A stretch of 64,000 nucleotides of DNA from an uncultured Bacteroidota bacterium (GTDB lineage: Bacteria > Bacteroidota > Bacteroidia > Flavobacteriales > Schleiferiaceae). Position numbers and translations under genes: made by a program. Below, in pieces: positions 1 to 9,200 of this stretch (its first letter is position 1; each line of letters begins with the position of its first letter). The DNA is taken from positions 10,005-74,004 of the forward strand of contig CAJXNI010000013.1 in assembly GCA_913057235.1 (NCBI GenBank). The letters run 5' to 3'. The notes under the pieces were generated by a model. That model had not been told where the DNA came from, did no database searches, and was given only the letters and a program-made list of their open reading frames with translations.

Positions 1-3000
1 ATAGTACGCATCAGCACTTCCCTACCTTGAGCATCCAGTAAACGTAAAGTGACATCGCCATTTAGGCTACTTTCAAAACTTACGTTGATGATGTCGTGAG
101 CTGGGTTAGGATAAATCTCTAGGCTATTGGTCAAAAGCAGCTCAGCTATTCCAATTTCTTCAATCACCAAAGATTGACAGGTGGTATCCGTACCACAATT
201 ATTAGAAACTACTAGACATGCCGTGTAGGTACCATTAGTGGAATAGGTGTGCGTACTGGTAACACCCGTACCGCTGTTTCCATCACCGTAATCCCAGGTA
301 TAAGTAGCACCTGCACCCGCTGAAGTAGAGGCAGAACCGTCAAATGTAACACTTCGCCCGGTTAGGGTTGCGGCCTGCAAGGTAGTGGTATAACTTGCCG
401 AAGGAGCCCCGCTAGTGCCGGTATTAAAGGTGTATGGTCCAGCCGGGCTACTGGTATCAGTTGCACAAATATCTATGATGTACACATCATAATTAGTGCT
501 TGCATTTAATCCTGGTAAAGCCTGTGGACTGGAAGCATTGTTAATGATGGTACCTGCACCAGGGGTAAACCCAGTAGGACCATACTCTATAACACTACTC
601 ACCATAGCGGCCCCTGAATTCCAGCTCACATCCACACTATCACAACGATAGACATTATGGGCAATATTGGCCGGAGTCACACAACCGGGTGAAGCATCGT
701 AAATACTTACATCATCGAGGGCATTATCACCGGCACAACAACCGTTTGAAACACTTCTAAAGCGTACTCTAAAATTGCTAAGTCCAATGTAAGGGCTCAG
801 GTCGATGATGGTGTCTTTGTAGGGGTCAGTAGTAGCTGTTTGCGCCCCGGTTTGGTTGGTGAAGCTATGCACTCCATTTACCCATTGGCTGCCATCATAA
901 AGGTCTACATAAAAATCAGCCATCTGGGTACCATAACGATGCAGATGATACTCCAGCTCAGGCGCTGACAGCAAACTTAAATCAATGATAGGTGAAACCA
1001 ACAGGGTTGAATCACCTGTACCTGAACCAGAAACATCTGCAGTAATAAAGGTACCACCGGTAGCCGGATAATTGGTATTGTCACCAGCCGGCCCTGTACT
1101 GGTACCAGACGTAGTTTGCGGTGTGTTGCGCACCTCCCAACTGTAACCGCCACTAGAAGAGGTGCCCGGGTTGTTGGAAATAAAATCCCAGCAATTATCC
1201 GCACCATCCCAATGACCTACAGTGTTGTTGGTAAAATCCTCAGCATAAGGTGCCAATACCGGTAAGCAAGTAGTGCTAAAACATAGCGGACCTTCCCAGT
1301 TACTGCTATCGCCTGGAGCACAAATTTCGCGCACGTAATAACAGTAGTTGGTATTGCTTGATAAACCAGTTATAGTACCCGATGTACCGCTAATAAGCTG
1401 CGTAGTACCCGCTGCCGGTGCTGATATACCGGCTCCAAAAGATACCTCGAAGTTGGCCGCTGGATTACCTGTTGCGGCTGTCCAGGAGACATCTGCCGCA
1501 TTTGCGGTAATATTAGCTACCGCCAAACTATTAGGGGCTGGGCAAGTGGGTACTGCTTCTACATAAAAGTCATTCACAAAGCAATCGGGTCCAAAATCTG
1601 AAATGGCTTTGAGTAGCACTTGCACCGTATCACCCGTATAGGTGCCGGGGTCTAATGGCGTAACATTGGTAATAAAACTACCAGGCGTATTAGAGTTACC
1701 CGCGGTAGGATCATTAAAGTTATTCGGCCCAATTAGATTCACCACCGTATCCCAGGTTGTGGCCGATACCTTTTTCACCAATACCAGTAACTGGTCATTG
1801 GGGTAAGCTGTGCTGTACAAGTGACTCCAATCAAAGCGAACCTGGGCATCCACCGATAATATTACGGCCGGTGAAGTCAAAAACAAGGAATCATTTGGAA
1901 GACCCCAAAAGTTTGCTTCGGCATAATTATCTCCGGCCGGACCGGTAAACTGTAGCCAATTAGCGCTCCCACCGGTCTCATCCCAACAGGTTAAAGGCCA
2001 GTTATCAAAACTTTCATAATAAGGCATAGTTACCGCCACACATGGCGTGCAAAACACAAAGGGGCCTACCCAATCTGAAGTATCACCAGGACTACAAACA
2101 GAACGCACTAAAAATTCATAACAAGTGCTGCTCATTAAAGCAGACACTGAGGTAGGATTGGTACTGGAAGTAACCACGGTTCCTCCGGCCGTTTGCGTAC
2201 CCTGGAAAAAGCCTTGCGGGCCATACCAAACTTCATACGACTGAGCGTTAGGTGAAGGATTCCATCCTAAGTCGGCTCCGGTAATAGTAATGTTTGTGGC
2301 ACTTAAGTTGGCTAAATCAGGACAACTAGGTGCGGGTTCTACAAAGAGATCGTTTACAAAACAGTCAGGACCAAAGTCAGAGTTGGCCACAATTTTCACC
2401 TGAATGGTATCTCCGGTATAAACGGCTGGGTTTATAACCACCGCTTCCTCTAAGAAGTTACCAGGGGTGTTAAAGTTACCAGCCGAAGGATCATTAAAGT
2501 CATTGGGCCCTTTAAGGTCCACAATGGTGTCCCAAGAAGTTGCTGATAAGGTTTTCACCATCACCAGTAATTGGTCATCAGGATAGAAGTTGTTGTATAA
2601 ATGACTCCAATAAAAACGCACTTGTGCATCTTGGGTAATGGCTATAGGCCTCGAAGTTAAGTGATAAGTTCCCGTGCTATTTGCCCAGAAATCTGCGCGA
2701 GCGTATTGATCGCCTCCACCAGCATCATAAGGCGTCCAGAAACTATTACCACCAGCTGAATCCCAGCAAGACAGAGCCCAGGTATCAAATGTTTCGTGGT
2801 AAGGCATGGTGGCCGGTAAGCAAGGCGTAGTAAAGGTGAACGGTCCAATCCAGGGACTCAAGCCGGAACCCACACAACTATCCTGAATATAAAACTCATA
2901 AGTAGTTTGCGGACCTAATCCCGTGATAGTACCCTGATCAATGGTTCCGGGTACAGAATCCAATCCTAGCTGACCGGCTACCTGTGGAACAAAGCCTACC

Positions 3001-6000
3001 GCACCCCATGCAAAATAGGTTTTAACACCTTGGCTTCCGCTACCCCAAGTAGCCGTAGCCTGCGTAGTACTGGCTCCAGAGATACCCAGAGAAGATGCCA
3101 ACGGTGGTACGCAGGCTGGTATAGGCTCGTACACAAAATCATCTATGTTGTAAGTTGTAAAATCCTGACCCTCATGACTCAACACAATATATTCATGGGA
3201 ACCATTATAACCGTTGGCTACAGTAACATCTAAATTATACTGGGTCCAGGTAGTAGTTAAAGCTATGGTGTCAATCACCGTAAAGCTACCCCTATCCGTT
3301 AGACTGGCAATGGTTCCTATGTAGAGATCATTGTTTGTACTAAATGAAGAGGTAGTACGCGCAAAGAAGCTAATTCTACCTGTATCTCCCGGCAGATCAC
3401 TGAACTGCGGAGAGATGAGCCAGGTGGTATCATTATTAAAATTGTAAAAGCGTACGTGATTGGGCGAAGAATTAGGCGGGTTAAAGGTGCCTGCCTCTAC
3501 CTCTGCTGCCGAAGAATTAGCACTGGGTCCCGAAAGGAAAGCATTCCAACAATCTGGAACTTCCCCAACCGGATCGGCATCAAAATCATTGGTATAGGTC
3601 ATACCCAAAGGTTGACAAAGGGTGCAAAATTGAATAGGGCCTCTCCAAATACTTACGCCATTACTGCTTCCGGTACAGTTCCCCCGTACATACACATCGT
3701 AACACGTATTAGGACTTAAGGGGCCAAAGGTTACCGTATCATTTGTTACGGAAGTTACGGAGCCAGTACCTTGGGTAAAGCCTACCGGGCCCCATTCCAA
3801 ATCCCAATCCGTACCGCTGGGATCATTCCACCCTAAGGTAGCGGTGGTATCCGTAACCGCCACAATTTGCTGACCGGTAGGCCACGGGCAGGTAGGGGCT
3901 TCTTTGATTTCTACTTTGTCAATGGCCGCATCCCCACAACATCCGTTACCATCCTGTTGGAAGCGCACAATAATGGTGTCTCCCGTGTAAGCACCCAGGT
4001 TTACAAAAACCAATTGGTAAGGATCGGCTAAAGCGGTTTGTACTTCACCCGTAATGGTATACTCGGTATTCCAGGTCGCACCAAAATCATTACTTATCTG
4101 AACCTTCATGTCAGCAATAGAGCCGCCATTGCTAAAGCGGTGTTGCTCAAAATATACGGCCGGGGTAGTAAGTCCACTTACATCAACGGCAGGGCTTTGA
4201 ATCCAGGCACTATCTCCAGCTGCACTACCTGAAGCCTCGCAATACAAATAGTTTCCACCGGTCACATCGGCCGAAGGACCATTACCACTGGTAGGAGCCG
4301 TACTGCGTGGAATCCATTTAAAAGGCTCAGTGCCATCTGAAGCAGGAGGCCACGCAATCCAACAAGGATCTAATTGGTTGCCGGCATTATTTCCGCTGGC
4401 TACCCAGCTAGTACCGTCAAAGTTTTCGGTTAAAGGAGCGGTAAAAATATTACAAAGCGTGGTAAACTGAACCGGGCCAATCCAAATACTGGTGCCGTTG
4501 CTGGAGGCCGTACAATTAGAACGAATGTAAGCTTCGTAAGTTGTGCCTGCGGTAAGTCCGGTTATAGTACCAGGATTAGAACTCACATTCTGAACTGTTC
4601 CGGTACCTTGGGGAAAACCAGGTGCACCAAATTCAATATCCCAACTGCTCCCACCCGGGTCTAACCAGCTAAAGGTAGCGCTAGTGGCCGAGGTGCTTAA
4701 ACTGGCAAAATTATTAGGCCAAGGGCAAGCGGGAGCTTCATCTACCACAATAGAATCAATGGCGGCATCTCCACAACAACCATTGTAGCTTTGCTTAAAG
4801 CGGATTTGAACCGTATCACCGGTATAAGACCCAAGATTTATAAACTCCTGCGTCCAGGCATCGGCTGAAGAGGTTTGCACATCTCCCACCACGGAATACA
4901 ACGTAGTCCAGGTAGCGCCAAAATCATTGGTTACCTCCACGTCCATGTCGGCTATGGTAGCGCCACTAAAACGGTGCTGGTGGAAGTATAAGGCCGGACT
5001 GGTTAAGCTGCTCACGTCAATTAAAGGCGTGGTAAACTCTGCAGGCGGGAAGTTTCCAAATATAGATGCTTCACAGTACAAGAAATTGCCCCCGGTAAGA
5101 TCGGCTAAAGGCCCGTTACCGCTAGTAGGAGCTGTGGAACGTGGTTCCCAACTCCAGGTTGAACCGGCCGAAGGATTGGCGGTCCAGCAGGGGTCTATAG
5201 TTGTGCGGCTCGCCCAGTTAGCAGTATTATCAAAGTTTTCATTGAATGGCGCGGCAAAAACCGTACACGCAGTAAGAGCGCTCACAGCGGCTGTCCAAGG
5301 GCTGTTGCCCGAAGTACCCCCGCAGGTGCTGCGCACGTAAAAGTCGTAATTAGTTTGAGGTGACAAGCCCGTAGCCGTTACCGATGTACCGGTAACGGTA
5401 CCGCTGGCTGCCAAACCGGTAGGGCCACTTCCGGGAGCGCCACTGGTTCTAAGCTCATACTCATAGCCATTGGAACCGGTACTGGCCGTCCATGAAAAGT
5501 TAGCCGCTGTAGACGATGCGCCCAAGAACTGAGGTGCTGAGGGAGGCAAACAGCTAGGCGCTGGGCTGTGGTAAACTATAATTTCCCAGGTATTATTGTC
5601 TACCTGGTTAAAGCTGGCATCACAGCCGGAGCCACCCCAGGTTCTACCCACGTGTAACTCTATGGTAACGCTTCCTGTGGCGGTACTAGCAAAGGTAAGT
5701 CCTGAGCGCGCGTAGCTAAAGGTACCTGCCGTAGTACCCGAACCGGAAGCCACGCTGGGTTCTCCGGTAAGGGTGTTGGGTGAGTACAACCAAGTACGTT
5801 GCTCACTCATCCAGGCACCGTTGGCGGCCGTCATGTCGTAACTGGTAGAAACACTGTCTACCCAATTACCGGCAGGGATGGTCACCGTTAAAGACCCTAA
5901 ACAAGCGGCTGGAAAATCAGCGGCAGTGTTAAAATCATAATCGGAGGCAATGTCTCCACTGGTAAGCGTGTCGCAAACGGCTCCCGGAGGACACTGACCT

Positions 6001-6101
6001 TGTACAGAGTTGGTAAAAGAAAGGGAAAAACCCAGTACCAATACACATGACCAAAGCCATGAACGCCAAGAGGCGCCTTGGTAATTTAGTAATCTTCTCA
6101 T
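1..6101 (-). CDS. Giant secreted multi-domain protein (FN3-like / MAM-like / choice-of-anchor-J-like / PKD modules with a T9SS C-terminal sorting tail); 3' end cut by the window edge
   Basis: Absent from the ORF track because it has no in-window stop. My translation of the minus strand from the ATG at 6101..6099 (MRRLLNYQGASWRSWLWSCVLVLGFSLSF...) stays open for 2033 codons to nt 3. It has repeated modules (...PRSTAPTSGNGP...YLYCEAS...NDFGATW...NGCCGDAAID...), a PKD-like stretch (YTWDYGDGNSGTGVTSTHTY) and a T9SS-type tail (LEIYPNPAHDIINVSF...LRLLDAQGREV). Confidence 0.88.
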   Translation of the reverse strand, partial: MRRLLNYQGASWRSWLWSCVLVLGFSLSFTNSVQGQCPPGAVCDTLTSGDIASDYDFNTAADFPAACLGSLTVTIPAGNWVDSVSTSYDMTAANGAWMSEQRTWLYSPNTLTGEPSVASGSGTTAGTFSYARSGLTFASTATGSVTIELHVGRTWGGSGCDASFNQVDNNTWEIIVYHSPAPSCLPPSAPQFLGASSTAANFSWTASTGSNGYEYELRTSGAPGSGPTGLAASGTVTGTSVTATGLSPQTNYDFYVRSTCGGTSGNSPWTAAVSALTACTVFAAPFNENFDNTANWASRTTIDPCWTANPSAGSTWSWEPRSTAPTSGNGPLADLTGGNFLYCEASIFGNFPPAEFTTPLIDVSSLTSPALYFHQHRFSGATIADMDVEVTNDFGATWTTLYSVVGDVQTSSADAWTQEFINLGSYTGDTVQIRFKQSYNGCCGDAAIDSIVVDEAPACPWPNNFASLSTSATSATFSWLDPGGSSWDIEFGAPGFPQGTGTVQNVSSNPGTITGLTAGTTYEAYIRSNCTASSNGTSIWIGPVQFTTLCNIFTAPLTENFDGTSWVASGNNAGNQLDPCWIAWPPASDGTEPFKWIPRSTAPTSGNGPSADVTGGNYLYCEASGSAAGDSAWIQSPAVDVSGLTTPAVYFEQHRFSNGGSIADMKVQISNDFGATWNTEYTITGEVQTALADPYQLVFVNLGAYTGDTIIVRFQQDGNGCCGDAAIDKVEIKEAPTCPWPTGQQIVAVTDTTATLGWNDPSGTDWDLEWGPVGFTQGTGSVTSVTNDTVTFGPLSPNTCYDVYVRGNCTGSSNGVSIWRGPIQFCTLCQPLGMTYTNDFDADPVGEVPDCWNAFLSGPSANSSAAEVEAGTFNPPNSSPNHVRFYNFNNDTTWLISPQFSDLPGDTGRISFFARTTSSFSTNNDLYIGTIASLTDRGSFTVIDTIALTTTWTQYNLDVTVANGYNGSHEYIVLSHEGQDFTTYNIDDFVYEPIPACVPPLASSLGISGASTTQATATWGSGSQGVKTYFAWGAVGFVPQVAGQLGLDSVPGTIDQGTITGLGPQTTYEFYIQDSCVGSGLSPWIGPFTFTTPCLPATMPYHETFDTWALSCWDSAGGNSFWTPYDAGGGDQYARADFWANSTGTYHLTSRPIAITQDAQVRFYWSHLYNNFYPDDQLLVMVKTLSATSWDTIVDLKGPNDFNDPSAGNFNTPGNFLEEAVVINPAVYTGDTIQVKIVANSDFGPDCFVNDLFVEPAPSCPDLANLSATNITITGADLGWNPSPNAQSYEVWYGPQGFFQGTQTAGGTVVTSSTNPTSVSALMSSTCYEFLVRSVCSPGDTSDWVGPFVFCTPCVAVTMPYYESFDNWPLTCWDETGGSANWLQFTGPAGDNYAEANFWGLPNDSLFLTSPAVILSVDAQVRFDWSHLYSTAYPNDQLLVLVKKVSATTWDTVVNLIGPNNFNDPTAGNSNTPGSFITNVTPLDPGTYTGDTVQVLLKAISDFGPDCFVNDFYVEAVPTCPAPNSLAVANITANAADVSWTAATGNPAANFEVSFGAGISAPAAGTTQLISGTSGTITGLSSNTNYCYYVREICAPGDSSNWEGPLCFSTTCLPVLAPYAEDFTNNTVGHWDGADNCWDFISNNPGTSSSGGYSWEVRNTPQTTSGTSTGPAGDNTNYPATGGTFITADVSGSGTGDSTLLVSPIIDLSLLSAPELEYHLHRYGTQMADFYVDLYDGSQWVNGVHSFTNQTGAQTATTDPYKDTIIDLSPYIGLSNFRVRFRSVSNGCCAGDNALDDVSIYDASPGCVTPANIAHNVYRCDSVDVSWNSGAAMVSSVIEYGPTGFTPGAGTIINNASSPQALPGLNASTNYDVYIIDICATDTSSPAGPYTFNTGTSGAPSASYTTTLQAATLTGRSVTFDGSASTSAGAGATYTWDYGDGNSGTGVTSTHTYSTNGTYTACLVVSNNCGTDTTCQSLVIEEIGIAELLLTNSLEIYPNPAHDIINVSFESSLNGDVTLRLLDAQGREVLMRT

Positions 6102-6144
6102 AAAAAATTAATGCTTAGTTAATAGGCCGTTAAATTAAAAAAAA

Positions 6145-6172
6145 AGCCGCCCCGAAATGCTTCGGGGCGGCT
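6145..6172 (-). terminator. Rho-independent terminator hairpin downstream of the 6202..11859 gene
   Basis: agccgccccgaa / atgc / ttcggggcggct forms a perfect 12-bp GC-rich stem flanked by A/T runs on both sides. It sits 30 nt after the stop of the upstream minus-strand CDS. Confidence 0.8.
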
Positions 6173-6201
6173 AAAAATTATTATTCTTCTTTTAGAGGGT
6201 A

Positions 6202-9200
6202 CTAGCGTAAGCTAACGGAGCGTCTGGCTTTTAAGTCACCAGATTCTACTTCTAAAATGTAGACCCCTCGGGCGTAAGCCGAAAGATCTATTTGCGTACT
6301 AAATTTATTGCCACTGAGGTTTTGGGTCTCTTTAAAGACTACTCTACCCTGTGCATCTTGCAAGCTTAGGGTTACCTCACCGGCCCCTACCTGATCAAAG
6401 GCAATGTTCACCAAGTTGGTGGTAGGGTTCGGATAAACATCCAGGCTTTGACTCAAGGCATTCTCCTCAATTCCTACGTTCACCGTGATGGTTTCAGTAG
6501 CCGTATCCTGACTGATACAGTCAGTGCTGTCAAGGGTAGTTAGGGTAACCGTGTACACCCCATTGTTGGCATAGGTGTGTGAAGTTGTTACACCGGTACC
6601 GCTGTTACCATCGCCAAAATCCCACTGATAGAAGTCTGCATTCACCGAAGCAGATGCATCAAAGTTAAAGGTGGGCTGAGTACCTGTTGTGGTAAAGGCT
6701 GCCTCTGTAGTATCATTAGAAAGATTTACATTCACGGGCGTTCTTATTTCGGAGCAACCCCCGCTGCCGTAGTACAAGGCACCATTAAAGTTACGTGGTG
6801 AAAAGCTTCCGCTGATGTTACCGGATGACCAACCAATGCCAAAACCCTCATAAATGGTAAGGTCACTATTGGAAGCAAATACCGCCCCAACGGTTGTACC
6901 GTTGGTGTAGTCAATATTAGTACTAGTTGTAAGCACCACTAAAATAGCCGATACCTGACCTCCTGGTAAGTTAAGCGGGGAACTAAACTGCAAATTGGTA
7001 GGATTTCCAATTCCTGCCCCAACTACACCGGTAAAGGATTCATGGAGGGTCCAGTTATTAATTTGACCGGTATTGGAATTACCAGCAGCAGTGCCTAATC
7101 GATAATAAACAGACACATTTTCAGTGGTAGTACCACCGATATGAATATCCATACCGGATAGGCTAATGGCACTGGTTGGTAGCACATCAAAAGTATTTCC
7201 GGCTTGACCGTTACCACCGGCATAGGTGGTGGTTAAACTACCTGATACTCCAGTTTGGTACTGAAGGAAATAGGTGCCTAGTGCGTTTGCTGCGGCAAAA
7301 GCTACCGTATCACCTGTTGCCAAAGGAATGGTATCCGTTGGACTATTACTGCCAAACCAAGCATACTGGGCTCCTACATCTAGGGCGCGTAAAAATACAC
7401 TGTCATCAGACGCGCAAGCGACTGTGTCAAAACCAACCGGTTCAAATGGAATAAACTCTACTGGACCTTCTGATATAGTATCGTTTAAGCCTACCTGATC
7501 ATTGGCTAAGTTAGCCGTAGCGGTAAAGTTTAGTAAGGCGCCTCCGTAAGTGTTTACGGTGCCAACTCTTAAAGTGTCCGTTTGATCGGTGGCTAAATTA
7601 CCGGTGTAAACACCATTTAAGGTAGTAGTTTGCGAACCGCTTACCGCCACACTTACCGGCAGGCTGGTTATGGCATTGGCGCCTCGGTTAGTAAATACTA
7701 CATCCACGGCCGTGGTACTATCACCGCAGCCCGCTTCAACCAACAAGGCGTTTACCTCCGCGTCATTGATGATCGGCTCCCCTACTTCCACATCGTCTAT
7801 GGAAACATCACCGGTAAAGCTGGTGCCGCGGGTCACCCTAAAACGTAATTGAATGAGTCCGCTGTAGGAAGAGATATCTACCGCAGTATCACGCCACGGA
7901 TCAGAACTTGCAGTTTGTTGTTGCCCTTGCAAGAACATTAAATTCGTCCAACCCGAGCCGTCATTGATATCCAGGTTAAGGGAGTCAATGGTAGAGCCGT
8001 ACATGTGGTAAGCAAACTTCACCTCTGGACTGGTTTGGCCCGTGAGGTCAAATAATGGACTGTACAACTCGGCCACGTTGCCGGTAGTTCCGCTGGAAGC
8101 CTCGGTGTATAAATACACGCCACTGCCGCTGGTAGCGTCTCCATTTGGTCCGGTACTGCCACTGGTAGTAGTACCCGTATTGGAACGGAAGCTAAAGGTG
8201 GTAGTGGTTTCCGGTAAACCGCTCCAGCAATTGCCGAAGTCTCCTGAAGTAGCGGTTACTGCATCAAAGTCCTCCGCATAAGGCGTAGGGAATGGCGAAC
8301 AAGGCGTACAGAAAGTAAAAGGTCCTACCCAATTACCGGTATCACCGGGTGCGCAAATACCTCTTACCACAAAATCAAAACAGGTATTAGCATTTAGTGT
8401 GTCAATCACGATATTTGGATTGGAAACAATAGTTCTTGAGCCAGCAGTAACCTGCGTTCCCTGGAAGAAGCCTTGCGGTCCAATCCAGAACTCGTAGGAG
8501 TTGGTAGCAGGATTACCCACCCAGCTTAAGGTAGCGGCAGTATCAACTACATTATTAGCAGCCAGGTTAATCACATCAGGGCAAGTGGGCGCTTCGGCAA
8601 ATTGCACGTCATCAATAGCGGCATCACCACAGCAACCATTCGAAGCCTGAACGAAACGTACCGCCACCGTATCGCCTACATAATTGCCCAAGGCAATGAT
8701 TTCATCTTCCCAAGGATCACCGGCTGCACTTTGGATTTCACCGGTTACCGAGTAAATCTGCGTCCAGGTGGCGCCAAAGTCATTGGTTACCTCTACTTGC
8801 ATGTCAGCAAGGTTTCCACCATTAGCATTACGGTGCTGTGAAAAGTACAATGCCGGCACGGTTAAGGTGCTAACATCTACGTAAGGGGTTACTAGCCAAG
8901 CTGTGTCAGAAGTACCAGCACCGGAAGCTTCGCAATACAGGAAGTTGACCCCTGTTTTATCACTGGTAGGACCGTTACCACTGGTAGGGCCGGTACTACG
9001 TGGAATCCACTTAAACACCAGGGTCGAAGTGGTGTCTGGGTCTGAAGTCCAGCAAGGATCCAACACGTTATTATTGTTATTCCCACTGGCAATCCAGCTA
9101 TTGCCGTCAAAATCTTCGGCAAAAGGTGCCGTGAAAATAGAACAAGCGGTACTGAACAAGAATGGTCCTACCCAGGGGCTCAAACCATCAGTAGTACAAC

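Noticed and set aside
977-5340. Plus- and minus-strand short ORFs in the track (for example 1348-1566, 3456-3719 and 4927-5340, the last being 137 aa) within the first 6 kb
   Set aside because: All lie inside the continuous 2033-codon minus-strand frame (1..6101), which has clear domain content. They are antisense or off-frame shadows.
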